From contig CM075996.1 in the NCBI GenBank assembly GCA_038087875.1, positions 374,001-438,000 on the forward strand: a stretch of DNA of 64,000 bases, written 5' to 3'. This DNA is from Malacoraja senta. Taxonomy: Eukaryota. The translations under genes and the position numbers were made by a program. The notes under the pieces were generated by a model. It had not been told where the DNA came from. It worked only from the letters and a program-made list of their open reading frames with translations, and made no database searches. Of the stretch, positions 12,136 to 24,597 are shown one piece after another. Position 1 is the stretch's first letter. Every line of letters starts with the position of its first letter.

Positions 12136-15100
12136 TCTAACCGATCTTTGTTGGGAATTTCCTGGATGACTCAACACGAGCCAGAGTTGCCCCAGTAGAA
12201 ACTCGGAACTGCAGATGCTGGTTTACTAAAAAAGACTCAATATGCTGGAATAACTCAGCATCGGGTCAGGCAGCATCACTGGAGGCCATGGACAGGTGAG
12301 GTTTCGGGATGTGACCCTTCTTCAGAATTTGTGTCCATATTTTTTAGTAAATCAGCATCTGCAGTTCCTTGTTTCTACATTATACAAGAACAAAGGAGGA
12401 CCCGGCACATGGGGGGGGGGGCGCTGTGAGGGGGGGGAGGGGAGACAATGGAGGACCTGGCGTGAGATACTTTGTGACTTTCGTTGCGGTGCCCTTTATG
12501 TGGTGGCCGTTTGCATACCTTGGATGTGCAAAGCAAAGAATTTCACTGTGAATTGTCACCTGTGACAATAATGTATCAGTGATTCATCCACACTCCACTA
12601 CAAGATCTTCTCAAGGTATGCCCACGTTGAAGAAGTTCTCCTCTCTCTGATCGGTCTTCTGTCAGACCATCTCTCACTGCCCCCCCTCTGTGATTCCATA
12701 CGCTCTCCCGATCGGAATAAGGGTCCCGACCTGGAACGTCACCTGTCCATGTTTAGTTTAGAGATACAGTGCGGAATCAGGCCCTTCGGCCCACCGACTC
12801 CGCGCCGACCAGCGATCCCCGCACATTAACACTGCCCTACGCCGCACTATGGACAATGTTAGCATTCACACCCAGCCAATGGATCTACAAACCTGCACGT
12901 CTTTGGAGTGTGGGAGGAAACGGAAGATTTCGGAGAAAAGCCACGCGGGTCACGGGGGGGGTAACGTACGAACTCCGTGCAGACAAGCACCCGTGGTCAG
13001 GATCGAACCTGGGTGTTCTCCACGCATAGGCCCAAAATGCTGGAGTAACTCTGGACAGAAGGAATTTCGGGTCGAAACCCATTCTTCCTGCGTGTTCTCC
13101 AGGGATGCTGCCTGACCCGCCGAGCTACTCCAGCACTCTGTGCATCTGAGGTTCCCCAGTGATTTTCCCAGCTTGTTGCTGGATTGCGCGCATGTTATGA
13201 CGGGATAGGTGACATATTTTCAATGATTCCGGGAATAAACAGGCTCCACAATAACTTCTGTGTGACAACCTACAATTAAGTCAGAATCCTCGCTTGGCCC
13301 TCTTGAACAGACTGTCAGTCAAGCATCCGCATTATACCGCGACACGAATACATTTAAGAAATGTCATCTTTCTTCCACACACACACACACACACGCACAC
13401 ACGCACACAAAGCCCTTTCTTGAGATCCTGTACAGTTTATTGTGAAGGATAATTCAACCCTTCAAAGGATCTCTTCATTCCAGCAACCTTCTGCAATCAA
13501 GTACCGCCGGGAAAAATCCCGACACCTCTTCCCGCCGATGCCAGTTTATGTTAGAGATGCAGCGTGGAAACAGGCCCTTCGGCCCGCCCAGGCTGTGCCG
13601 ACCGGCGATCGCCACTTCGCATCAGTTCTGTGGGGGCTTCCCGCTGCACCGGGGCTGCGTACGGGCGGGGGGGGGTCTTTATCTCGCCTCATGGGTCGGA
13701 GGAGCCCGGGTCGTTGCCCACGGAGGCCTCAGGGGAGGGGCCCGGCGGTGATAGTGGAGAGGTCGGGTGATGAAGGTGCCGACCGACCAACCAACCGACC
13801 GACGGACGAGGACGGACCACGTGGGAGTGAGGACGTCGCTGCCGGTGGGGAGGAAGAACAATGGAGGTCCCGGAGTGGGGGGGGGGACGCTGCAGGGGGG
13901 TGCAGGGCGGGGGGAGGGGGTACATGAATGGACGGAGTGGGGGGAGGGGGCGTTGTGGGGGAGGGGGACGATCAACGCGGACCCGGTGAGCTGGGAAATA
14001 TTCAATAAGAACCTTTTTCTCTCAGAGGGTGGTGGGTAAATGGAATACCGTGAGGAGGGGGGGGGGGTGGTGGAACAATGGACAAAGGGAACCCTGCTTG
14101 GGGCGACCGCCGTGAGGGGGGGGGGGAAAGGAGGGAAGAGCAAAGGGGAACTGGAGCAGGGTGGGGAGGGGGGGGTGGGATTTGTAATTTGTAACTTTGT
14201 AAACGCCCTTCATGGGTGACTCCTGGGGCAAGATACGAGACACAACACAGACACCACACGCACGCACGCACGCAGTCAGGATCGAACCCGGTTCCCTGGC
14301 GCTGTGAGGGAGGCAGCAGCCCTACCAGCTGTGCCACCCTGCCGCCCTTCGTTAGAGATTTTAAACTCAGCCTCTATACATTTGGTCCAGTTGAAATTTA
14401 TTGCATAAATGATATGATATGAGAGAACTTAATTCATCCCAGGAGGGAAATTGATCTGCCAACACTCATAAAAACACCATATAGAGGAAATGTGAAATTA
14501 AAGTGATGAGAGGAAAGGATTGGGGATGTGCAAAGATTGGGGGGGTGGGGGAGGAGGGGTGGGGGGGGAAGGGGAGTCAGTCTACCCCACGACTGAAGGG
14601 GGAGGAGTTGTACAGTTTGATAGCCATGGGGAAGAAGGATCTCCTGTGGCGTTCTGGCCCAGTCAGGCTTTGAGGAAAGTCATGTTGGTTTGTCGTTACA
14701 GTTTTGGGACAGAAAAATCTCTCCGCGGGAGGAAAGCTCCACGCAGAGTCATTGTGTCGCACAGCGCGGAACAGGCCATTCGGCCCAACTCATCCATGCT
14801 GACCGAGTCCGTCCGAGCTAGTTTCACTGACCCGCATTTGACCCCGAGGGGGGGCCCCGGCACATTTGAAGGGGGCCACAGACTGAATGATAATTGGTTA
14901 TCTGTCTATCTGTTCGTGTGGGCTTGGGTGGGCCGAAGGGCCTGTTTCCGCCCTGTATCACTAAACTAAACCAAACGAAACATTGTCCTTTGAGGATGGA
15001 AATCATGCTTCCTCACCTCGCATGACCCATTGCCCACAAAATGTGTGTAACATTTAGCTGCCGACACCATTCAACGGAGTGGAGATTAAATGCTGGCACT

Positions 15101-15577
15101 GCCAAGGCCTTCTTCGAATGAATAGATTTTAAAAATATGGTTCATAATCCAGAGACACGAGTTATAATGCCCCTAGTGACTGGATATTTAAATTCGGCTC
15201 ATTAGAAAAATTCTGGGACTAAAAGGCGAACAGAGACCATGAAAGTATCAGACCTTTGTAATTCCCACCTGCTCCTAATGCCTTTTAGTGGGGGTAATTC
15301 TCCACCCTCGTCTGTACCGTGGCTACCTACGACTCCAGACTATTGCAAAGTGCTTGCTTTTCCAGTCTCAGTCCCAAGGGCCCCACAATGGGCAATTAAT
15401 TCAGGCTGGTTGTGAAGAATTCCTTCGGAAAAACATAACCACAGCAGGTTTATGTTAATTTTATGTTCAATTTGAATCTGATTTAGACCTCGCTTCAGAC
15501 TTTTCGAGATACAGCGCGGAAACGGGCCCTTCGGCCCACCGAGTCCGCGCCAACCAGCGATCACTCCCGTCCACTAA

Positions 15578-15968
15578 AGCCCCTGTCCCACTTGGGAGAC
15601 CTAAACAGCAACCTCTGGTGACCTTGCCCGCCACCCAAAAAAATATCAAGGTCGAGGTGACCTGCAACCTCCTACCACCTCCCACACATATGTTGAAAAC
15701 CTTCCTCGACTATGAAGAAAACCGGCTTCGACTAGACCGGCGACTAAAAAATGATCGATTTTTAAAACGGCAACCTATTTTTAGTCGAGGCCGGTTTTAA
15801 TCATAATGAAAAAATAGCAGCAACCTAGATGAAGCCTCGACCACGCGGAAACCACTTTCGACCATTCGGGAGAGTGACCAAAACCTCCGGTGACCTCATG
15901 GAAACCTTGGGTGGCCGGGCAAGGTCACCAGAGGTTGCTGTTTAGGTCTCCTAAGTGGGACAGGGGCT
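15578..15968. mobile_element. PIF/Harbinger-type MITE (internal family 2)
   Basis: ~57-bp TIR starting AGCCCCTGTCCCACTT; TAA TSD at 15575-15577 and 15969-15971. Confidence 0.88.
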
Positions 15969-17799
15969 TAACACTACACACACTGAGGACAGTTTACTAT
16001 GTCTACCGAAGCCGATTAACCTGCAACCCGTCTTTGAGTGTGGGAGGAGACCGGGGGCACCCGGAGAAAACCCACGCGGGCCACGGGGAGAACGTACAAA
16101 CTCCACACAGTCAGCGCCAATGGTCAGGATGGAACCCGCGTCTCTGGTAAGGTAAGGTAAGGTAAAAGCTCATAGTAAACTGTCCGGTAAGGCAGCAACT
16201 CCACCGCTGCGTCACCGTCCCGCCCACACAGGAGAAAGACTGCACACTTTAATGAAGGGACGGAAAAATAACATGGTCGCTTAGATTTATGAAATGGAAC
16301 CAAGTTTGACTGATCTGTTGAGGTTCTTGAAGTTGGCGGGCGGCACGGCGGCGCAGCGGTAGAGTTGCTGCCTCACAGCGCTGGCCAGAGACCCGGGTTC
16401 GATCCTGACTACGGGCGCTTGTCCGTACGGAGTTTGTGATGCAGTATGTGTCAACTCCGATTGACGTGCTCTGGGGAACTATTTTCTTTCGTCGTCCTGC
16501 TAGTTGCACTGTTCGTATCCCTTCGTTATCACCTCCTCCACAGCCAACAATGGACCATTGTGGGCTCATTGGCCATCGGTGCCGGCTCTGGTTTGTTCCG
16601 TACATTTTCATACTAGTTTCCCTTTCCCCTGACTCTCAGTCTGAAGAAGGGTCTCGACCCGAAATGTCACCTGTTCCTTTTCTCCAGAGATGCTGGCTGA
16701 CCCGCTGAGTTCCTCCAGCTATTAGTGTAGATCTTTGGTTTAAACCAGCATCTGCAGTTCCTTCCTACACATATTTTCTTTTAGTTATGGCCTTGCTGAA
16801 CACAAGGACATACTGAATAGGAGGAGGTCAATTAACTCCTGTAAATTGCCTCTAGTGTGTAGGATAGGACTAGCTTACAGGTGATTGCTGGACGGCACGG
16901 ACTCAGTGGGCCGAAGGGCCTCTTCCCACGCTGTATCTCTATACTCTAAACTAAGTACTTTAACTGTGAAGCATCAAAAAAACTATTTAGAGAAGCCAAT
17001 TAAACCTACAAGTGAGGAAACCCACGAGATGTCAGGGAGAATGTGCAAACTCCACACAGACAGCACCCAAGCTCTGGTGCCATACACGCTGCGCCATGCC
17101 ACCCTATTCCGGATATTAAGGGAATCAAGGGAACTGGAATTGATGCTGGAAATAGTGAAAGGCCTGGATAGAGTGGATGTGGAGAGGATGTTTCCACTGG
17201 TGGGAGAGTCTAGGACTAGAGGTCACAGCCTCAGAATTAAAGGGCGTTCATTTAGCAAGGAGATGAGGAGGAATTTCTTTAGTCAGTGACTGGTGAATCT
17301 GTGGAATTCATCGCCACAGAAGGCTGTGGAGGCCAAGTCAGTGGATATTTTTAAGGCAGAGATAGATAGATTCTTGATTAGTACGGGTATCAGGGGTTAT
17401 GGAGAGAAGGCAGGAATATGGAGTTAAGAGGGAAAGATAGATCAGCCATGATTGAATGGCGGAGTAGACTTGATGGGCCGAATGGCCTAATTCTGCTTCT
17501 ATGACTTATGAACCACAGGTGTTCATCCTGTTGAATGCCCGAATCGGCAGGCAGTGAATTCCAAATGATCTCGACATAAAATTAAGTTTCTTTACATTTG
17601 TTCATCATTTTTCTATCACATATGAACTTATGATAATGGCACTGAGGAGAATAATGCAGGGAAATGGTGCCGCCGTCTTGCTGAACGGCAGGGCAGGCAT
17701 GAGGGGCCGAATGGACTATTCCTGCCTCTGTTCAGGATGTTCTTGTGTTCAGCAATGTCGTGAATAAAAAAAATAGTTCCCCCCACGCACATAAATCTG

Positions 17800-18005
17800 A
17801 GTTGACACGACTGAGTTACTGAGGGAGTCATTCGAACAAGGCCTCAAGCATTTTTAGACATAAACAAACAAAAACATCCAGCAGTACAATTTGAAGAGCA
17901 GCACAGAGTAGCCGACAATATTTACCCATTAATCAAAATGAGCGAAACAGGTTAGCTGGTAACTATCACTTTATGGGAGCTTAAAGTAAAAATGGCTGCC
18001 ATTGT
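17800..18005 (+). mobile_element. Ancient decayed DeuSINE (SacSINE1/AmnSINE1-like) core
   Basis: Ordered motifs TACTGAGGGAG..TTGAAGAGCAG..CAATATTTACCC..AAACAGGTTAGCTGGT..ATCAC..GGGAGCTT..AAATGGCTGCC recall the Deu domain; recognised from memory only. Confidence 0.5.
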
Positions 18006-18025
18006 AAGAATGGCGGCGCAGTGGC

Positions 18026-18338
18026 CAGGGTTGCCAACTTTCTCACCTCTAAACAAGGGCCAAAAGGTCAAAATAAGGGACCGATGATCGGCCATGGTGG
18101 TGTCGGTGGTAAGCCAAGGTCCGAAGGTCGGACAGCTGGCCGGGCTGCTGACCTACGAGGCCACGGGCGAGGCTCTGCTGCTGCACTCCATGGGCGGCAC
18201 TACGTCGGGACGGGTGAAGCAGGGACGGAGACGGCGCACTGACCCTCGACCCGAGTAGTAGCAGTCAAATAAGGGACAAGGGCGGTCCCGTATGGGTCAA
18301 ACCAATTTAGCCCAATATACGGGATGTCCCGGCTAATA
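18026..18338. mobile_element. Truncated hAT-like element (CAGGGTTGCCAACT end)
   Basis: One typical hAT terminus plus AATAAGGGAC/TACGGGA subterminal repeats; the other TIR is missing. Confidence 0.55.
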
Positions 18339-19053
18339 GCTGTGGCGCAGCGGTAGAGTTGCTGCCTCACAGCGCCAGAGACCCGGGTTCGATCCTGACT
18401 ACGGGTGCTCTCTGTGCGGAGTTTGTACGTTCTCCCCGTGACCCGCGTGGGAGGGAAGGATCAATAGTTTGCTCTTTTGGGAGCCAGCACAGATCAGACA
18501 GGCCAAATGGCCTCCTTCCGTGCGGTAAATGAGGCTCTGAGTGAACGAGCTGATGCTTTCAAAGCTGCGGCAAATGCCTGTGTATAAATACTGCTAATGA
18601 ATCGATTTGTTGCCTCCTCTGTGTACAGTAATTGCGTCATAGTTGGCCATCCAGTTCTTCCTGCATTAAAATCAGTGTCTAATCTTGTTAGATCAAAGCC
18701 TTGCAGTCAGAGGGGGGCAATCAAGCACACTCACAGAGGGAGGAGTTACAGAGCGAATATTAAACAAGCAGGCATGTTGCTCAGTTACTCCCAGTTAAAG
18801 ATCCATAACCAGCTCATTAGAGTGGGTGCACCCGTGTATCTGGTCCACCTGGAAGTCCCGTGAAATACTGTTTGGTGTAGTTTAGTTTAGAGATACAGGC
18901 CGTGGAAACAGGCCCTTCGGCCCACCGAGTCCCTGCCGACCAACGACTGAGTTCTATCCCACACATTGATGAAAGTGTGGAACTCTTTGCCACAGAAGGC
19001 CGTGGCAAGGAATATCAGTGGATATTTTTAAGGCAGAGATAGATAGATTCTTG

Positions 19054-19241
19054 TGTTAAAGAAGGAACTGCAGATGCTGGAAAATCGAAGGTACACAAAA
19101 ATGCTGGAGAAACTCAGCGGGTGCAGCAGCATCTATGGAGCGAAGGAAATAGGCAACGTTTCGGCCCGAAACGTTGCCTATTTCCTTCGCTCCATAGATG
19201 CTGCTGCACCCGCTGAGTTTCTCCAGCATTTTTGTGTACCT
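19054..19241. mobile_element. Palindromic mini-PLE (subfamily B), 14-bp TSD, inside a CR1 3' end
   Basis: Near-perfect inverted repeat centred on ...AACGTTTCGG|CCCGAAACGTT...; TAGATAGATTCTTG at 19040-19053 and 19242-19255. Confidence 0.88.
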
Positions 19242-22196
19242 TAGATAGATTCTTGATTGGTACAGGTGTCAGAGGTTACGGGGAGAAGGCAGGAGAATGG
19301 GGTTGGGGGGGGGAGAGATAGAACAGCCATAATTGAATGGCGGAGTAGACTTGATGGGCCGAATGGCCTAATTCTACTATTCCTTATAACCTTATGACAT
19401 ATCAGGACAATTTCTCAAAAAGAATGCATCTTGCCCCGTGTCTCGGTCGGAAATGAACAATAAAGAGAGCTCACAGTTCGAGTGACCGCCTTTAATATTG
19501 ACCTCTGGGACTGTGTGGAGTTTGCATCTTCTCCCCGTCACTGTGTGGCCTTTCCCAGTTTTCTCACACACACTGCTGCTAGCTTGCTTTTATAGATATA
19601 TATACAGCAAAAAAAAAACAGGCCCTTCAGCCTACTGAGCCACGCTGGCCATCAGTGACCTGTTCACTAGATTTGAGCTTTTACTTTTAGTTTAGTTCAG
19701 CGATACAGCGTGAAAACAGGCCCTTCGGCCCACCGAGCCCGTGCCGACCGGCGATCCCCGCACACTAGTTCTACCCTACGCGCTAGGGACAATTAACAGA
19801 AGCCAATCAACCGACAAACCTGCACGTCTTTGGAGTGTGGGAGGAAACCGGAGAGCCCGGAGAAAACCCACGCGGTCACGGGGAGAACGTACAAACTCCT
19901 TACAGACAGCACCCGTGGTCAGGATCGAACCCGGGTCTCTGGAACCACATTGTTTGCCGTTTCCTCCCTCGTTTATTATCCTCCCTCCTCTTACACGGAG
20001 GCGCAGCGGTAGAGTTGCTGCCTTACAACACCCGAGACCCAGGTTCGATCCTGACCTCGAGTGGTGGAGTTTGCACGTTCTCCCTGTGACCGCGTGGACT
20101 TTCCCCGGGTGCTCCGGCTTCCTCCCACATCCCAGAGACGCGCAGGTTTGCAGATTAATTGCCTTCTGTAAATCATCCCTAGATTGTAAGATGGTGTAGG
20201 ATGGTGTAGGATGGGGAAGATTGCTGGTCGGCCCGGACTCACTGGGCCGAAGGGCCTGTCTGCCAAGATGCAGTACAGAACGCCACAGGAGATCCTTCTT
20301 CCCTGTGGCGATCAAACTGTACAACTCCTCCCCCTTCTGTCGTGGGGCAGACCGACTCCCCCCCCCACCCCACCCCCCCCCCCCCCCAACCTTTGCACAT
20401 CCCCTAATCCTTTCCACTCGTCACTTTAATTTCATGTTTCATGTATCTTGTTGAGATTTATGGCCCTTTGGCAGATCAATTTCCCTCCTGGGATCAATAA
20501 AGTTCTATCGTATCGTCCTGTATCGAGGCATCTCTTTTCTTGAATTAACCGAATGGCAAAATAATGGTGAGATCGGCTCGATGGGAAGCCTGATCCCCCG
20601 AAGCTGTTTTGTTGGCATCACTTCACCTACTGATCCACACAGTGCACAGCAGATGGAGGCCATTCCACTTTTATTTTAACCAAAGACAATTTATTTAATT
20701 ATTCACAATAACATGTGCAAAACGGAATGATTCAAAAACAAAACCCACCACCATCGTGCAAGTGAAAGTTAAATATTGTTAAATTATTATTTCCCCATCC
20801 ATTGTTCAGCATGCATTCCAATCCCCCCCTCCCCCACGGTGACCGGCAGTCCCAGCCGTTCCACTCTTGTGTGGCCCCCCGTCCCACACTCCCAGTCTCC
20901 ACCACCTCAAGATGGGCACGAAACGCTGGGGTAACTCTGGAGAGAAGGAAAGGGTAACGCTTCGGGATCGAGACCCTTCTTCAGACTTTCCTCCCTCCTC
21001 CACCATCTCGAGTCTGTTGTGGAATATCTCACGGCGCTTGCTAGTCGTCACGTCGACCCCGCTTCGGAAAGGCGATTCCTCGGCCTGAAGTAGCTCGGGT
21101 CACCCCCCCTCCCTCCCCCCCCCCCCCCCCCCGCGGTTTCCATCGTTCAGTTTAGTTCAGTTTTAGTATGGAGATACAGAGCGGAAACAGGCCCTTCGGC
21201 CCGCCGAGACCGCGCCGACCAGCGATCCCCGCAAACTAGCCCTATCCTACACACTCCAGGATCAATTTGCAATTGTGCAATTACACCAAGGCAATCAGCC
21301 TACAAACCTGCACGTCTTCGGAGTGTGGGGGGGAGACCGGATCACCCGGAGGAAACCCACGCGGGTCACGGGGAGAACGTACAAACTCCGTAACGGCAGC
21401 ATCCGGAGTCAGGATCGAACCCGGGCCTCCGGAGCTGTGAGGCACCTGTGCACCACCTTGCCGCCCATGTTCGCCATGTTACGGTGCATAGGGATACAAA
21501 ACCTTTAACATGTTCTACGGTGCAGACTTCATGATAAATCTCCGTGGCAGCAAGCTGTGGCAACCTACAATGAGAATCATTCTCTTCTTTATTTGCGGTA
21601 AGAAACACTGGCATTTGCATGATGACGGCAGGATTAATGGAACCACACTTTGCTGCAATAATGAATGCCTCAGCAAAGACTAAGATCTCTCTGTTTCCAT
21701 TTCACTAATGTGCAAAGATAAATATAAAAGCAATCGCCATTAAGGTGTCAGTCAGAACACAAAGTGTCGGAGAGTCTCAATGGGACAGGCAGCATCAGCG
21801 GAGAGGGTGGACAAACAAGCTTTCAAGTCGGGACCCTTCTCCAGACTTGCAGTCTTACACAGCAGGTTAATTGACTTGGTATAATTGGAGTTAGGTGGCA
21901 TGGTGGCGCAGCAGAAGAGCTACAGCCATACAGTGCCAGAGACCCAGGTTCGATCCTGACTACGGGCGCTATCTGTACGGACTTTGTACGCTCTCCCCGT
22001 GACCTGTGTGGGTTTTCTCCGATATCTTCGGTTTCCTCCCACACTTCAAAGACGTGCAGGTTTGTAGGTTACTTGGCTTGGTGTAAAATGTAAAAATTGT
22101 CCCAAGTGTGTGCAGGGCAGTGTTAATGTGCGGGGATCGCTGGTCGGTACGGACTCAGTGGGCTGAAGGGCCTGTTTCCGTGCTGTATCTCGAAAC

Positions 22197-22572
22197 CAAA
22201 GATCCTATAGCGAGCAAGATCGACCACTCCTGCTAAATTCAATGGGCTGACGTGTAGTACGCAACGGAGCGGAACGTGGGCCTTTTTTGCCTCCATTTCA
22301 GTAACCGGACCCGACCCGACTCGCAGTGTAATCAACGTTGCGGGGGAACAGTTTGTGTTAATAAATTATAATTCTGAAAATGAGGAGAAGATTTTTACCA
22401 AATAACTTTTCCGTAACCGGCTTCCGTCTGCGCACTATTATCCTATGGGATCTTTGGTGCGGAGACGGAAGCCGGTTATGGAAATGGGGTCTTAAATTAC
22501 CCATGAATCTGCCCATGACCGTACTGTGTCTTTTTCGTCGAGTGGTCTATCTTGCTCGCTGTAGGATCTTTG
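22197..22572. mobile_element. Non-autonomous hAT-type element, 33-bp TIR, 8-bp TSD
   Basis: TIR CAAAGATCCTAYAGCGAGCAAGATMGACCACTC; flanks CTCGAAAC (22189-22196) and CTCTAAAC (22573-22580). Confidence 0.87.
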
Positions 22573-23114
22573 CTCTAAACTAAACTAAACTCCCAAACTG
22601 ACTTCTAAGCGCTGTCAGGAAAATTAGCATCGAATGTATTAATATCCTGCAAGACGGAGCCTTAAACCGTGTGTGATTTCCTTCAGTTGATTGCCAATTT
22701 GATTTCTTTTGCAAGCAGAAGACCTGATTGCCACCACGTTGATATTAAACCCAACGCGTCTGCCCGAGTCTACAATCAGGTCGATTCCAATAAGCTTGGC
22801 TCTGCTCTCCGGTGGTAAGGTTAAAGTCACTTAACAAGGCGGCAATCAATGGGTGGGATTAACGTCAGCCAGCGTACAAGGTGGAAGGCTTCCCAGATGG
22901 GAAAACCTGCCTTACCTTCTCTTTCAGTAATCAAAAGTACTCTTCACGCCCAGAATCTTGGTCGGAAATGAACAATAAAGATAGCTCACAGTTCGAGTGA
23001 CCGCATTTAACATTGACCTCTGGGGCTGTGTGGAGATTGTACCTTCTCCCTGTCACTGTGTGGCCTTCCCTAGTTTTCTCACACACCCTGCTGCTGTCTG
23101 GCTTTATGAGGTGT

Positions 23115-23470
23115 ACAGCATCGAAACAGGCCCTTCAGCCCACTAGGCCCATCAATCACCATTCACTAGTTTTTAGCTTTTCGTTTTAGTTTTGGAGATA
23201 AAGCGTGGAAACAGGCCCTTCGACCCACTAGGCCCATCAATCACCATTCACTAGTTTTTTAGCTTTAGTTTTGGAGATACAGCGTGGAAACAGGCCCTTC
23301 GACCCACTAGGCCCACGCTGACCATCACTCGCCCATTCACTAGCTTTTAGTTTTAATTTTGGAGATACAGAGTGGAAACAGGCCCTTCGGCCCACTAGGC
23401 CCATCAATCACCATTCACTAGTTTTTAGCTTTAGATTTGGAGATACAGCGTGGAAACAGGCCCTCCGGCC
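23115..23470 (+). repeat. Tandem repeat, ~4-5 units of ~75-90 bp built from a SINE 3' tail
   Basis: Recurrent GAAACAGGCCCTTC..CCCACTAGGCCCA..CCATTCACTAG..TTTTGGAGATA. Confidence 0.85.
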
Positions 23471-24300
23471 CACCGAGTCCGCGCCGACCAGCGATCGCAC
23501 GTACACTAGTTCCATCTTAGACACTAGGGACGATTTACAGAAGCCCGATTAACCTACAGTACAAACCTCCACGTTGTAAATTGTCCTCAGTGCAGGGTGG
23601 TGTAAGTGTGTGGGGATCGCTAGCCGGCATGGACTCGGTGGGCTGAAGGGCCTATTTCCGTACCATTTCTCCAAAGTCTAAAGTCTCATCTGGGCAATGG
23701 CTTCCCCAGTTCATCAGCTGGAGCCCATGGCTTAGTGACAGAGGTACACGGTTATAGGGTTGAAACTATAGGAAAGATGTTGTTAAATTGGAAAGGGTGC
23801 AGAGAAGATTTAAAAGGATGTTGCCAGGACTGGAGGACTCGAGGTTAGGCAGGCGACCACTCCCTGGAGTGCAGTAGGATGATCTTACAGACGTGTACAA
23901 AATCATGAGAGGAATAGATCGGGTAAATGCACAGAGTCTCTTGCCCAGAGTAGGGGAATCGAGGACCAGAGGGCATAGGTTTAAGGTGAAGGGGGAAAGA
24001 TTTAATGGGAATCTGAGAGGGGGTAACTTTTTCACACAAAGGGTGGTGGGTGTATGGAACGAGCTGCCGGGAGGAGGTAGTTGAGGCAGGGACTATCCCA
24101 ACGTTTAAGAAGCATGGATAGGACTGGTTTAGGGAGATATGGGGCAAACGCAGGCAGGTGGGACTAGTGTAGATGGGGACATGTTGGTTGGTGTGGGCAA
24201 GTTAGGCCGCAGGCCTGTTTCCACGATGCGAGACTCTGTGACCCTGTGACTCTAAGCGTTATCTATACATCAGCCAACAACACAGACAATAGACAATGGG

Positions 24301-24597
24301 TGTTTAAGAAGGAACTGCAGATGCTGGAAAATCGAAGGTAGACAAAAGTGCTGGAGAAACTCAGCGGGTGAGGCAGCATCTATGGAGCGAAGGGAACAGG
24401 CAACGTTTCGGGCCGAAACCCTTCTTCAGACTGATGTAGGGTGGGGAGAAGAAAGGAAAAAGGAAGAGGAGGAGCCCGAGGGCTGAGGGAGAGCTGAGAG
24501 GGGGAGGAGACAGCAAGGGCTACTGGAAAGTGGAGAATTCAATGTTTATGCCGCTAGGGTGCAGACTGCCCAAGCGGAATATGAGGTGCTTAGGCAC
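24301..24597 (-). mobile_element. PLE subfamily B 3' fragment, 14-bp TSD, in a CR1 tail
   Basis: Starts TGTTTAAGAAGGAACTGCAG; CAATAGACAAT(G/A)GG at 24287-24300 and 24598-24611. Confidence 0.8.

Noticed and set aside
12286..12296. Second RE1 site (CCATGGACAGG)
   Set aside because: Right half-site only, inside a PLE remnant.
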